Positions 10,491 to 22,883 of a stretch of DNA of 64,000 bases are shown in pieces (within the stretch, counting starts at the first letter, position 1; every line of letters begins with the position of its first letter). Below the pieces are notes generated by a model. That model was not told where the DNA came from, searched no databases, and saw nothing but the letters and a program-made list of their open reading frames with translations. This DNA is from Lama guanicoe (lineage: Eukaryota): positions 2,614,508 to 2,678,507 of the forward strand of contig MU053588.1 in the NCBI GenBank assembly GCA_013239625.1, given 5' to 3'. Made by a program: the position numbers and the translations under genes.

Positions 10491-13400
10491 TTAGATTCCA
10501 CATATGAGCGATCTCATATGGTATTTTTCTTTCTCTTTCTGGCTTACTTCACTTAGAATGACATTCTCTAGGAGCATCCATGTTGCTGCAAATGGCATTA
10601 TGTTGTCGGTTTTTATGGCTGAGTAGTATTCCATTGTATAAATATACCACATCTTCTTTATCCAGTCACCTGTTGATGGACATTTAGGCTGTTTCCATGT
10701 TTTGGCTATTGTAAATAGTGCTGCTATGAACATTGGAGTGCAGGTGTCATCCTGAAGTAGATTTCCTTCTGGATACAAGCCCAGGAGTGGGATTCCTGGG
10801 TCATATGGTAAGTCTATTCCTAGTCTTTTGAGGAATCTCCACACTGTTTTCCATAGTGGCTGCACCAAACTGCATTCCCACCAGCAGTGTAGGAGGGTTC
10901 CCCTTTCTCCACAGCCTCTCCAGCATTTGTCATTTTTGGATTTTTGAATGACGGCCATTCTGACTGGTGTGAGGTGATACCTCATTGTAGTTTTGATTTG
11001 CATTTCTCTGATAATTAGTGATATTGAACATTTTTTCATGTGCTTTTTGATCATTTGTATGTCTTCCTTGGAGAATTGCTTGTTTAGGTCTTCTGCCCAT
11101 TTTTGGATTGGGTTGTTTATTTTTTTCTTATTGAGTCGTATGAGCTGCTTATATATTTTGGAGATCAAGCCTTTGTCGGTTTCACTTGCAAAAATTTTCT
11201 CCCATTCCGTAGGTTTTCTTCTTGTTTTATTTCTGGTTTCCTTTGCTCTGCAGAAGCTTGTAAGTTTCATTAGGTCCCATTTGTTTATTCTTGCTTTTAT
11301 TTCTTCTAGGAGAAAATTTTTGAAATGTATGTCAGATAATGTTTTGCCTATGTTTTCCTCTAGGAGGTTTATTGTATCTTGTCTTATGTTTAAGTCTTTA
11401 ATCCATTTTGAGTTGATTTTTGTATATGGTGTAAGGGTGTGTTCTAGCTTCATTGTTTTACATGCTGCTGTCCAGTTTTCCCAACACCATTTGCTGAAGA
11501 GACTGTCTTTATTCCATTGTATATTCTTGCCTCCTTTGTCGAAGATGAGTTGACCAAAAGTTTGTGGGTTCATTTCTGGGCTCTCTATTCTGTTCCATTG
11601 GTCTATATGTCTGTTTTGGTACCAATACCATGCTGTCTTGATGACTGTAGCTCTATAGTATTGTCTGAAGTCTGGGAGAGTTATTCCTCCAGCCTCTTTC
11701 TTTCTCTTCAGTAATGCTTTAGCAATTCTAGGTCTTTGATGGTTCCATATAAATTTTATTATGATTTGTTCTAGTTCTGTGAAATATGTCCTGGGTAATT
11801 GGATAGGGATTGCATTAAATCTGTAGATTGCCTTGGGCAGTGTGACCATTTTAACAATATTGATTCTTCCAATCCAAGAGCATGGAATATCTTTCCATTT
11901 TTTAAAGTCTTCTTTAATTTCCTTCATCAATGGTTTATAGTTTTCTGTGTATAATTCTTTCACCTCCTTGGTTAGATTTATTCCCAGATATTTTATTACT
12001 TTGGGTGCTATTTTAAAGGGGATTGTTTCTTTACTTTCTTTTTCTGTTGATTTATCGTTAGTGTAAAGAAAGGCAACTGATTTTTGAACATTAATTTTGT
12101 AACCTGCTACCTTGCTGAATTCTTCGATCAGCTCTAGTAGCTTTTTTGTGGACCTTTTAGGGTTTTCTATATATAGTAACATGTCGTCAGCATATAATGA
12201 CACTTTTACCTCTTCTTTTCCAATTTGGATCCCTTTTATTTCTTTCTCTTGCCTGATTGCTGTGGCTAGGACTTCCAGGACTATATTGAATAGGAGTGGT
12301 GATAGTGGGCATCCTTGTCTTGTCCCAGATTTTAGTGGGAAGCTTTTGAGTTTTTCACCGTTGAGAACTATGCTGGCTATAGGTTTGTCATATATAGCTT
12401 TTATTATGTTGAGATATGTTCCCTCTATACCCACTTTGGCGAGAGTTTTTATCATAAATGGGTGTTGAATTTTATCAAATGCTTTTTCTGCATCGATTGA
12501 GATGATCATGTGGTTTTTGTCCTTTCTCTTGTTGATGTGATGTATTACATTGATTGATTTGCGTATGTTGAACCAGCCTTGTGTCCCTGGGATGAACCCC
12601 ACTTGGTCATGATGTATAATCTTTTTTATGTGTTGTTGGATTCTATTTGCTAAAATTTTGGTGAGGATTTTGGCGTCTATGTTCATCAGTGATATTGGCC
12701 TATAATTCTCTTTTTTTGTAGTGTCTTTGCCTGGTTTTGGTATCAGGGTGATGGTGGCTTCATAGAATGAGTTTGGGAGTATTCCCTCCTTTTCAATCGT
12801 CTGGAAGAGTTTGAGAAGGACTGGTATGAGTTCTTCTTTGTATGTTTGGTAGAATTCCCCGGTGAAGCCATCCGGTCCTGGACTTTTATTTGTAGGGAGG
12901 TTTTTAATTGCTATTTCTATTTCCTTTCTAGTGATCGGATTGTTCAAGTGTTCAGTTTCTTCTTGATTCAGTTTTGGTGGACAGTATGTTTCCAGAAACT
13001 TGTCCATCTCCTCTAGGTTATCCAGTTTGGTTCCATATAGTTTTTCATAATATTCTCGTATGATATTCTGTATTTCTATTTTGTTTGTTGTAATTTCTCC
13101 ATTTTCCTTTCTTATTTTGCTAATTTGTGCTCTCTCTTTTTTCTTCTTTGTGAGTTTGGCCAGAGGTTTGTCGATTTTATTTACTTTTTCAAAAAACCAG
13201 CTTTTGGTTTGGTTGATTTTTTCTATGGTCTTGTTAATCTCTATTGTATTTAATTCCTCTCTGATCTTTATTATTTCCTTCCTTCTGCTGCTTTTTGGGG
13301 CTTTTTGTTCTTCTTTTTCTAATTGATTCAGGTGGTGGGTTAACTTGTTTATTTGAGATTGTTCTTCTTTTTTGAGGAAGGCCTGTATCGCTATAAACTT

Positions 13401-14288
13401 CCCTCTTAGCACTGCCTTTGCTGTGTCCCATAGGTTTTGAGTGGTTGTGCTTTCATTATCATTTGTCTCAAGGTATTTTTTAATTTCAGCTTTGATTTCC
13501 TCATTGATCCATTGTTTTTTCAATAACATATTGTTTAATCTCCATGCTTTTCTTTTTTTCTCCTTTGTTTCTCTGTTGTTGATTTCCAGTTTCATGGCAT
13601 TGTGGTCAGTAAAGATGCTTGAGATAATTTCTATCTTCTTAAATTTGTTGAGGTTTCTTTTGTGTCCAAGTACATGATCGATCCTGGAAAATGTTCCATG
13701 TGCACTTGAAAAGAATGTATATTCTATTTTTTGGGGGTGTAATGCTCTGAAAATATCCACCAAATCTAGTTTTTCTATTGTAGTATTTAATTTCTCTGTT
13801 GCCTTGTTTATTTTCTGTCTGGAAGATCTGTCTAGTGATGTTAATGCAGTGTTAAAATCTCCAACTATGATTGTATTCCCATCAATATCCCCCTTTATCT
13901 CTGTTAGTAATTCTTGTATGTACTTAGGTGCTCCTATATTGGGTGCATATATATTAACGAGTGTAATATCTTCATCTTGTATCACTCCTTTAATCATTAT
14001 AAAATGTCCTTCTTTATCTTTCTTTATGGCCTTTGTTTTAAAGTCTATTTTGTCTGAAATCAGTACTGCAACACCTGCTTTTTTGGCTTTTCCATTTGCA
14101 TGGAATATCCTTTTCCATCCTTTCACTCTCAATCTATATGTGTCCTTCTCCCTAAAGTGGGTCTCTTGTATGCAGCATATTGAAGGTTCTTGCTTTATTA
14201 TCCAGTCTGCCACTCTATGTCTTTTGACTGGAGCATTTAGTCCATTAACATTTACAGTAATTAATGATAGATGTGTGTTTATTGCCAT
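10491..14288 (-). CDS. LINE-1 ORF2p (endonuclease / reverse transcriptase), 1265 aa
   Basis: Uninterrupted ORF; EN motifs NVNGL, QETH, GDFN, SRIDH, TDHN; RT motifs QGCPLSP and YADD; C-terminal CWRGC...HCWWEC. Confidence 0.97.
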   Translation of the reverse strand: MAINTHLSLITVNVNGLNAPVKRHRVADWIIKQEPSICCIQETHFREKDTYRLRVKGWKRIFHANGKAKKAGVAVLISDKIDFKTKAIKKDKEGHFIMIKGVIQDEDITLVNIYAPNIGAPKYIQELLTEIKGDIDGNTIIVGDFNTALTSLDRSSRQKINKATEKLNTTIEKLDLVDIFRALHPQKIEYTFFSSAHGTFSRIDHVLGHKRNLNKFKKIEIISSIFTDHNAMKLEINNRETKEKKRKAWRLNNMLLKKQWINEEIKAEIKKYLETNDNESTTTQNLWDTAKAVLRGKFIAIQAFLKKEEQSQINKLTHHLNQLEKEEQKAPKSSRRKEIIKIREELNTIEINKTIEKINQTKSWFFEKVNKIDKPLAKLTKKKKERAQISKIRKENGEITTNKIEIQNIIREYYEKLYGTKLDNLEEMDKFLETYCPPKLNQEETEHLNNPITRKEIEIAIKNLPTNKSPGPDGFTGEFYQTYKEELIPVLLKLFQTIEKEGILPNSFYEATITLIPKPGKDTTKKENYRPISLMNIDAKILTKILANRIQQHIKKIIHHDQVGFIPGTQGWFNIRKSINVIHHINKRKDKNHMIISIDAEKAFDKIQHPFMIKTLAKVGIEGTYLNIIKAIYDKPIASIVLNGEKLKSFPLKSGTRQGCPLSPLLFNIVLEVLATAIRQEKEIKGIQIGKEEVKVSLYADDMLLYIENPKRSTKKLLELIEEFSKVAGYKINVQKSVAFLYTNDKSTEKESKETIPFKIAPKVIKYLGINLTKEVKELYTENYKPLMKEIKEDFKKWKDIPCSWIGRINIVKMVTLPKAIYRFNAIPIQLPRTYFTELEQIIIKFIWNHQRPRIAKALLKRKKEAGGITLPDFRQYYRATVIKTAWYWYQNRHIDQWNRIESPEMNPQTFGQLIFDKGGKNIQWNKDSLFSKWCWENWTAACKTMKLEHTLTPYTKINSKWIKDLNIRQDTINLLEENIGKTLSDIHFKNFLLEEIKARINKWDLMKLTSFCRAKETRNKTRRKPTEWEKIFASETDKGLISKIYKQLIRLNKKKINNPIQKWAEDLNKQFSKEDIQMIKKHMKKCSISLIIREMQIKTTMRYHLTPVRMAVIQKSKNDKCWRGCGERGTLLHCWWECSLVQPLWKTVWRFLKRLGIDLPYDPGIPLLGLYPEGNLLQDDTCTPMFIAALFTIAKTWKQPKCPSTGDWIKKMWYIYTMEYYSAIKTDNIMPFAATWMLLENVILSEVSQKEKEKYHMRSLICGI

Positions 14289-14686
14289 TTTGAACTTATC
14301 TTTGCAGTTGAATTGGTATATCCTCTTTGTTCCTTTCTTCTTCCTTTTGTGGTTTGGTAATTTTCCTTTGTATTATCATGGATTTTATTTAATTTTTGTG
14401 ACTCCCTTGTAAATTTTTGACTTGTGGTTACCCTTTTTTGTAAATCTATTAACCTATACCCGTTTTTAATAAACTGATAATAACATGATCTCAAACCCAT
14501 CCTACTGTTAAAAAAATTTAAAAAAAGAAAGAAAAAAAATTCTATATTTCCCTGCCTCCCTCTCCCACTCTCAGTGATTTGTATGTCTTCTTTTATAATT
14601 TCGTGTTTTCTTTATTTGTAATTCATGAGTTATCACCTTTCCAGTTGTACGTTTCTCATTTCTGTAGCATCCTGCTGCTTTTCTAT

Positions 14687-15589
14687 TTAGAATAGCCCTT
14701 TCAATATTTCTTTTAGCATGGGTTTAGTGTTGCTAAACTCCTGCAGCTTTTTTTTGTCTGTGAAACTCTTTATTTCTCCTTCTATCCTAAAGGATAGCCT
14801 TGCTGGATAAAGTATCCTAGGCTGCATCTTTTTTTCATTCAGGGCTTTGAATATATCTTGCCACTCCCTTCTGGCCTGTAGTGTTTGTGTAGAGAAATCA
14901 GCTGAGAGCCTTATGGGGGTTCCCTTGTAGTTCACTCTTTGCTTTTCTCTTGCTGCCTTTAGAATCATTTCTTTATCCTTGACTCTGGCCATCTTGATTA
15001 TGATATGTCTTGGTGTGGGTCTATTTGGGTTCTTCCTGTTTGGGACCCTCTGAGCTTCCTGTACTTGGATATCTGATTCCTTCTTTAAGTTTGGGAAGTT
15101 TTCAGTCATGATTTCTTCAAAAACCTTTTCAATCCCCTTTGCTCCTTCTTCCCCTTCTGGGACCCCTATTATGCGAAGATTGGGACGCTTTATATTATCC
15201 CATAGGTCCCTTATGCTATTATCATTATTTTTTATTTGCTTATCTTGTAGTTCTTCTGAATGGGTGCTTTCTGTTGCCCTGTCTTCTAGATCACTAATTC
15301 GTTCCTCTGCATTAACTAGTCGGCTTTGCACAGCTATTAGATCATTCCTCATCTCTGTCAATGAGTTTACCCATTCTGCTTGGCTCTTCTTTATAGCTTC
15401 AATTTCATTTTTGACATATTTTATTTCTCTAAGCACTATCTCTTTTAATTCCTTCAGCAATTTGATCACTCCTTTTTTGAAATCTTGATCTAGTAGGCTA
15501 TCGATGTCTATTTCATTGAGCTTTCTTTCAGGGGATTCCTCTTGTTCTTTTAATTGGGAAAGGTTTCTCTGCTTCTTCATCTTGCTCAT
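14687..15589 (-). CDS. LINE-1 ORF1p (RNA-binding chaperone), 300 aa
   Basis: Uninterrupted ORF; coiled coil, then KRPNLRIIGVPE, RHIIIK, ARREW and YPARLSF motifs. Confidence 0.95.
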   Translation of the reverse strand: MSKMKKQRNLSQLKEQEESPERKLNEIDIDSLLDQDFKKGVIKLLKELKEIVLREIKYVKNEIEAIKKSQAEWVNSLTEMRNDLIAVQSRLVNAEERISDLEDRATESTHSEELQDKQIKNNDNSIRDLWDNIKRPNLRIIGVPEGEEGAKGIEKVFEEIMTENFPNLKKESDIQVQEAQRVPNRKNPNRPTPRHIIIKMARVKDKEMILKAAREKQRVNYKGTPIRLSADFSTQTLQARREWQDIFKALNEKKMQPRILYPARLSFRIEGEIKSFTDKKKLQEFSNTKPMLKEILKGLF

Positions 15590-17759
15590 ACCTCTCTGGC
15601 ACTGTGGTTTATGGAGTATCAGTTGTCTATTTTGGATCTTAAGGATTTTATCTATCTAATGCCTATTTAGGAATAGAACTTAGGAAAAAAAGAGAAAGAA
15701 ATAATAAGAGAGAGAGAGAAAGATTTTTAAAAGAAGGGAGAAAGAGGCTTTTAAAACAGTGTATAATGAATGATAGAAGAGCGAGTTGAAGCAGAGTATT
15801 AATCGGGTTGAGACGTCCTTTTAAAACCTTTAAAAAAAGAAAAGGAAAAGAAAAAAAAGGGGTGGGGAGATGAATAGATGTATTTGAAGCCTGTGTCTAA
15901 TCAATAACAGGACATCAAAACCCAAGAGAAATAGAAATGAATTAAGAAGTAAAAATTAAGAGAGTAATTGAAAATAGAACAGGTAAAAACAGATTTAAGA
16001 ACAAAACAGAAAACAAACAAACAAACAAACAAACAAAAAACAAAACAAAAAAAGGGGTTGTCGGTGTTCTCCTGGAGTCTGTGTGCTTTTAATGTGAAGT
16101 CCTTCTGTCTTCGTCCTGTTTTGGAAGCTCAGCTTGTTTTCATAGGCCCTCCGTTGGCGCCCTCTTCTGTGCTGCTCCCAGCACCTGTCGGCAAGCGGAT
16201 CGCGCCTCCTCCTAACACGGGGTCAGATGCAGCTCTCCTCTGCTGCGGGCGGGCGGGTCACTGCCCCTCCGGATGCCGCAGTCAGATGTTGCAGACTGGC
16301 CAGGCAGGAGGGTGAGTCGTGCCCCCTCCCAGCACCTCAGTCAGGGGCTGTGTTCCTGCCCGACAGGCGGTGGGGGGGGTGGCCGCTCTCCCTCTGCCTG
16401 CGCCGCCGGTAGCTCCGCTGCTCTGTGCGGCTGTGCGCTCCGCCCTGGCCGCGCTCCGCGGGTGGGCTCGGGGAAGGCCAAGGGGCAGCCTCGTCCCTGC
16501 TCCGAGCCAAGGCCCAGCTCCTTGTTTGTCTTTGTGGAGCAAGTTCTCTGAGGGACCAGGATGGTCCCACCTGCCCAGGGCTGTAGGCCCGTCTCAGTCT
16601 GGCCCTTGAGACTGCTGAGCCCTTCGGTGCGGATGCAGGTTTCGCCCCTGCCCCCGCCTGGGTGCTAAGCGCCGGAGAATATGGCGGCTGTGCCTGGGCC
16701 CCGCCTCTCTTCCCCTGAAAAGTCTCCGTGGGTTTTCAGAGATGGGGGCGTGCACCCTTCCCCCCGAGAGCACACATCAACCCTGCTGTTTTATGGAGGG
16801 CCCAGGTTGTTCTGTCCTGCACACCCACAGCCCCGGCACCCAGCCCCTTGCAGTCCCCTGGAGCTGCCTCCGTGCAGCCGCCCCCGTCCTCCGCCCGGCT
16901 TGTGCAGCCTGGCCCTGCCCGCCGCTGCCGGCCCGCGTCTCAGGCTGGGTGTCGGGGGGACGCTCTGTGCCCGTTTAACTTAGTTCTGTCAGACAAGGGC
17001 TGCTCTGTACAGATCCGAGCCTCGTGGGCTCCCCCTCCGTCACGCTGGCCTCTGAGTTGGAGAGGGGAGACCCAGCGAGCAAGCGCCAGTCCTCCTTTGC
17101 CGCTCCCTCCCCGCGGGACCCGTCCCGCGCTGCTTTGCCTTTTGTTCTTTCTTTTTTCCTTTTCTCCTACCAGATTTTTGGCGTCTTTATCTTTTGAAGA
17201 GGGCGATGTTCTGTCGGAGTTCCGCAGGTGCTCTGGTTGGCTGAGTGGTTCTGTAGATGTGGATCTTGGTGTATTTGTGGGAGAGGGTGACTTACAAGCA
17301 TCCTTCTACTCCGCCATCTTGCCTCTTCTCTGAGAAACACTTCTTAACTTATTCTAAGAGGCCAGCTTTACCCTGATACCAAAACCAAACAAACATAATC
17401 ACAAAAAGAAAATCACAGGCCAATATCACTGATGAACATAGTTGTAAAAATCCTCAACAAAATATTAGCAACTCAAAGTGAACAACTTATTAAAATGTTC
17501 ATACACCATGCTCAAGTGGGATTTATCCCAGGGATGCAAGGATGGTTCAATATCCACAAATCAATGAATATGATGCATCACATTAACAAACTGAAAAATA
17601 AAAACCATATGATCATCTCAATAGATACAGGAAAAGCTTTCGACAAAACTCAACATCCATAAAAGATAATGGGCATAGAAGGGACACACTTCAACATCAT
17701 AAAGGCCATATATGACATGCCCACAGCTAACATCATATTCAACAGTGAAAAGCTGAAAG

Positions 17760-20700
17760 CATTTCCTCTAAGATCAGGAACAAGACAAGGATGCCCACTC
17801 TCACCGTTTTTATGCAGTATATAATTGAAAGTCCTAGTTACAACAGTCAGACAAGAAAAAGAAATAAAAGGAATCCAAATTGGAGAGGAAGAGGTAAAAC
17901 TGTCATTGTTTGCAGATGACATGGTACTACTATACGTAGAAAATCCCAAAGACTCCACCAAAAAACTATTAGAACTCATCAATGAATTCAATAAAGTTTC
18001 AGGATACAAAATTAATACACAGAAATCTCTTGCATTTCTATACACTAACAGCAAAATATCAGAAAGAGAAATTAAGAAAACAATTTCATTTACCTTTGTA
18101 TCAAAAAGAATAAAATACCTAGGAATAAACCTAACTAAAGAGGCAAAAGACCTGTACCTTAAAAACTGTAAGACACTAATGAAAGATTTTGAAGGTGAGA
18201 CAAACAGATGGAAGGATATACTGTGTTCTTGGATTGGAAGAATCAGTATTGTTAAAATAGGACCATATTACTGTATTACCCAAGGTAATCTACATAGTCA
18301 GTGTAATCCCTAGCAAAATACCAATGGCGTTTTTCACAGAACTAGAACAAACAAATCTAATATTTGTGTGGAAACACAAAAATCCTTGAATACCAAAAGC
18401 AAATTTGAGAAAAAATAGCAGAGCTGGAGGGATCACACTCTTTGATTTCATACTATACTACAAAGCTACAGTAATCAAAACAGCATGTTACTGGCACAAA
18501 AACAGACACATAGATCAATGGAACACAACAGAGAGACCAGAAATAAACCTACACACTTATGGTCAGTTAATCTACAATAAAGGAGGCAAGAATATACAAT
18601 GGGGAAATAACATTCTCTTCAATAAGTGGTACTGGGAAAACTGGACAACCATTTGTAAAAGAATGAAAGTAGAACACTTTCTCACAGCATATGCAAAAAT
18701 AAACTCAAAATGGATTAAAGACCTAAAAGTAAGACTAGAAACCATAAAACTCCTAAGAGAAAATATAGGAAGAATTCTCTTTGACATAAATCATAGCAAT
18801 ATTTTGGGGGGTCTGTCTCCTAAGGCAAAGGAAACAAAAGCAAACATAAACAAATAGGACCTAATTAAACTTAAAAGCTTTGCACAGCAAAGGAAACCAT
18901 CAACAAAATGAAAAGACAACCTACTGATTGGGAAAAAATATTTGCAAATGATATGACTGACAAGAGGTTAATATCTGAAACAATATCATATAATTCAATA
19001 TCAAAAAAACAAACAACCCAATTTAAAAATTGGCAGAAGATCTGAATAGAAATTTTTTCAATTACAACATCCAGATGGCCAACAGGTACATGAAAAGATG
19101 TTCAACATCACTAATCATCAGAGAAATGCAAATCAGAAACATGATGAGCTATCACTTCACACCTGTCAGAATGGGTATTATCAATGAGACTATAATAATA
19201 TCACTCACGTGGAATCTAAAAAAATAAAAATAAAAAGAGGACACTGATGAACTCATCTACAAAACAGAAACAGACTCGCAGACATAGTACACAATCTCAT
19301 GGTTACTGGGGGAACGGGGGTGGGAAGGGATAAATTTGGGAGTTTGAGATTTGCAAATGATAACTGCTATATATAAAAATAGATAAAAAACAAATTTCTT
19401 CTGTATAGCACAGGGAACTTTATTCAATATCTTGTAATAACCTTTAATGAAAATGAATATAAAAATGAATGTATGTATATATATGCATGACATTTCCTCT
19501 AAGATCAGGAACAAGACAAGGATGCCCACTCTCACCGTTTTTATGCAGTATATAATTGAAAGTCCTAGTTACAACAGTCAGACAAGAAAAAGAAATAAAA
19601 GGAATCCAAATTGGAGAGGAAGAGGTAAAACTGTCATTGTTTGCAGATGACATGGTACTACTATACGTAGAAAATCCCAAAGACTCCACCAAAAAACTAT
19701 TAGAACTCATCAATGAATTCAATAAAGTTTCAGGATACAAAATTAATACACAGAAATCTCTTGCATTTCTATACACTAACAGCAAAATATCAGAAAGAGA
19801 AATTAAGAAAACAATTTCATTTACCTTTGTATCAAAAAGAATAAAATACCTAGGAATAAACCTAACTAAAGAGGCAAAAGACCTGTACCTTAAAAACTGT
19901 AAGACACTAATGAAAGATTTTGAAGGTGAGACAAACAGATGGAAGGATATACTGTGTTCTTGGATTGGAAGAATCAGTATTGTTAAAATGGGACCATATT
20001 ACTGTATTACCCAAGGTAATCTACATAGTCAGTGTAATCCCTAGCAAAATACCAATGGCGTTTTTCACAGAACTAGAACAAACAAATCTAATATTTGTGT
20101 GGAAACACAAAAATCCTTGAATACCAAAAGCAAATTTGAGAAAAAATAGCAGAGCTGGAGGGATCACACTCTTTGATTTCATACTATACTACAAAGCTAC
20201 AGTAATCAAAACAGCATGTTACTGGCACAAAAACAGACACATAGATCAATGGAACACAACAGAGAGACCAGAAATAAACCTACACACTTATGGTCAGTTA
20301 ATCTACAATAAAGGAGGCAAGAATATACAATGGGGAAATAACATTCTCTTCAATAAGTGGTACTGGGAAAACTGGACAACCATTTGTAAAAGAATGAAAG
20401 TAGAACACTTTCTCACAGCATATGCAAAAATAAACTCAAAATGGATTAAAGACCTAAAAGTAAGACTAGAAACCATAAAACTCCTAAGAGAAAATATAGG
20501 AAGAATTCTCTTTGACATAAATCATAGCAATATTTTGGGGGGTCTGTCTCCTAAGGCAAAGGAAACAAAAGCAAACATAAACAAATAGGACCTAATTAAA
20601 CTTAAAAGCTTTGCACAGCAAAGGAAACCATCAACAAAATGAAAAGACAACCTACTGATTGGGAAAAAATATTTGCAAATGATATGACTGACAAGAGGTT

Positions 20701-21221
20701 AATATCTGAAACAATATCATATAATTCAATATCAAAAAAACAAACAACCCAATTTAAAAATTGGCAGAAGATCTGAATAGAAATTTTTTCAATTACAACA
20801 TCCAGATGGCCAACAGGTACATGAAAAGATGTTCAACATCACTAATCATCAGAGAAATGCAAATCAGAAACATGATGAGCTATCACTTCACACCTGTCAG
20901 AATGGGTATTATCAATGAGACTATAATAATATCACTCACGTGGAATCTAAAAAAATAAAAATAAAAAGAGGACACTGATGAACTCATCTACAAAACAGAA
21001 ACAGACTCGCAGACATAGTACACAATCTCATGGTTACTGGGGGAACGGGGGTGGGAAGGGATAAATTTGGGAGTTTGAGATTTGCAAATGATAACTGCTA
21101 TATATAAAAATAGATAAAAAACAAATTTCTTCTGTATAGCACAGGGAACTTTATTCAATATCTTGTAATAACCTTTAATGAAAATGAATATAAAAATGAA
21201 TGTATGTATATATATGCATGA
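17760..21221 (+). repeat. Direct tandem duplication, 2 x 1731 bp, of L1 ORF2-3'UTR
   Basis: 17760-19490 repeated at 19491-21221; one difference seen (18259 A vs 19990 G). Confidence 0.95.
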
Positions 21222-21959
21222 CTGGGACATTATGCTGTACAACAGAGATTGACACAATGTAACTGACTATGCTACGATTAAAATAAAAAAAACAAAAACT
21301 ACTCAAAAAATAAAGTCTATTAAAAAAAATCCTTCCTAGTCAACCTCCCACCCAAATAATCTCTTTCAACCTTTGATCTGTTTACTGTCTTTAAACTTAA
21401 CTTAGAAAACATTTAAATACAAAATTTTTAAGGAAAAAAAGAGTACCATAACAAATGAAAACAAATTAAAATTTAAAAAGCCAGAAAAATAGCTTAAGAT
21501 GATAACTGATTTTGCCTAGTGTCTAATAGAATTTTTGTAGATGATTATTGAGAATAGGTGATATGAAGGGATGGAAATGGAATAAGAGTTTTGGGGTGAA
21601 CCTTTTTTCCCTAATGACTGGTTTATGGTATCTCTACTTAAAAAGTTTCCCAAATCTTTGGTAACTTCTACCCTTCTAATTTTGCTAAATTGGATTAAAT
21701 GTTGGGAATTTGTTGAATGTCTGGATCATTTCCAAATAGCATTAACTACTAAAACACTGATTGGTGGACAAGTCTAAATTTACCTACTTTTGATCTCTAA
21801 CTATAGAGGAACTAAAGATGTTTGAGTTTGTTAGTAAACATGTCTCAGGCCCCAATGAAAAATTGTGCCATGGGAAAATGTGTGTTTCTAGAAATTGTGA
21901 AATGCGTTCATAGATTTGCCAGTCCAGAGAATGCTGATGTAACAGATAGTTTTTGGCTC

Positions 21960-22883
21960 TCTGCTTTCTCATCTTGGCTGGAGGGCAACGATTACAAACA
22001 GTGAGGGGAAATTTGAAGGAAGAGCTGAGAGTGCAGGGCAGGCCAGAAGAGGGCATGGGGACAGTTGGAGTGAGAAGCATGGATTGACTCTGCACTGGCT
22101 GAGTGTACTGATGCTGCAAGGCTGCAGCCGGGGCAATAGGCAACTTTTTGGAGGGTGGAGGTGATGGGCCACCCATGAGTGCTCTCTCTTCCTGTAAAAT
22201 GAAACAACATATTTGAAAACCACTGCTCTTGTACCACAGGGAACTGAGCAACAAAAGGGATTAAGCATCCAGCTAAAAAGGCCAATACAGAAACAACCAC
22301 CATAAGCGGGTGGGAAGGGATAAATTTGGGTGTTTGAGATTTACAAATGTTAACCACTATATATAAAAACAGATTTTTAAAAAAGTTTCTGCTATATAGC
22401 ACAGGGAACTATGTTCAATATCTTGTAATAACCTTTAATGAAAAATAATATGAAAGCGAATATATGTATATATGTGCATGATTGGGACATTGTGATGTAC
22501 ACCAGAAATTGACATATTGCAACTGACTGTACTTCAATTTAAAAAAAAACAACACCCTTTTTGTCCTGCACACACACAGGCTGTAATCACTCTCTGAGAG
22601 GCTCATATTTTACTGCCTTGTCCTTTTAGATTTTGCAGCCAGGCAGCAGTCTTTGTTAAAAAGAATAATGCCCCATTTCTTATAACTACTGCATGGCTAA
22701 GAATTCAACTGGCAGCTTCCCAGATATTTATGGCTCTGCCACAAGTTTAGGACTTACTGTCTCATCTCTCAAATCTTTATTCTGTCTACTCAACTTAGAG
22801 AAACCCTTTTCAACAATAATGAGATCTTGCTGCTTCCGCCTGTTCTGTCATTCCCAGTCTAGCAGAGCAACGTCATGATGAAC
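21960..22883 (-). pseudogene. Two-exon fragment of an unidentified protein-coding gene inside the ERV, antisense to it
   Basis: Exon 22883-22758 (ctacag| ... |gtaagt, 126 nt) and exon from 22191 (ttttacag|) splice in frame; one TGA in the first exon. Confidence 0.55.
22305..22550 (+). mobile_element. 5'-truncated L1 3'UTR fragment
   Basis: Matches the L1 3'UTR at 21050-21290; ends in poly-A. Confidence 0.85.

Larger units (their letters stand above)
10212..17331 (-). mobile_element. Full-length (~7.1 kb) LINE-1 with intact ORF1 and ORF2
   Basis: TSD gagaaacacttctt at 10198-10211 and 17332-17345; TT/AAGA nick site; YY1-type caagatggcg at the 5' end; CpG-rich 5'UTR; A-tail at ~10212. Confidence 0.97.
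8577..21300 (+). mobile_element. Older decayed LINE-1 with internal deletions, interrupted by a young L1 and partly tandem-duplicated
   Basis: 5'UTR-like ~8577-10055 with degenerate internal repeats; ORF2 RT sequence at 10081-10200 resumes in register at 17346; frameshifted ORF2 (FADD motif); 3'UTR and A-tail to ~21300. Confidence 0.85.

Noticed and set aside
10993..15488. Several 65-200-aa plus-strand ORFs
   Set aside because: Antisense shadows of L1 ORF1/ORF2
17825..20588. Repeated 150-162-aa RT-like ORFs
   Set aside because: Frameshifted fragments of a dead L1 ORF2, doubled by the tandem duplication
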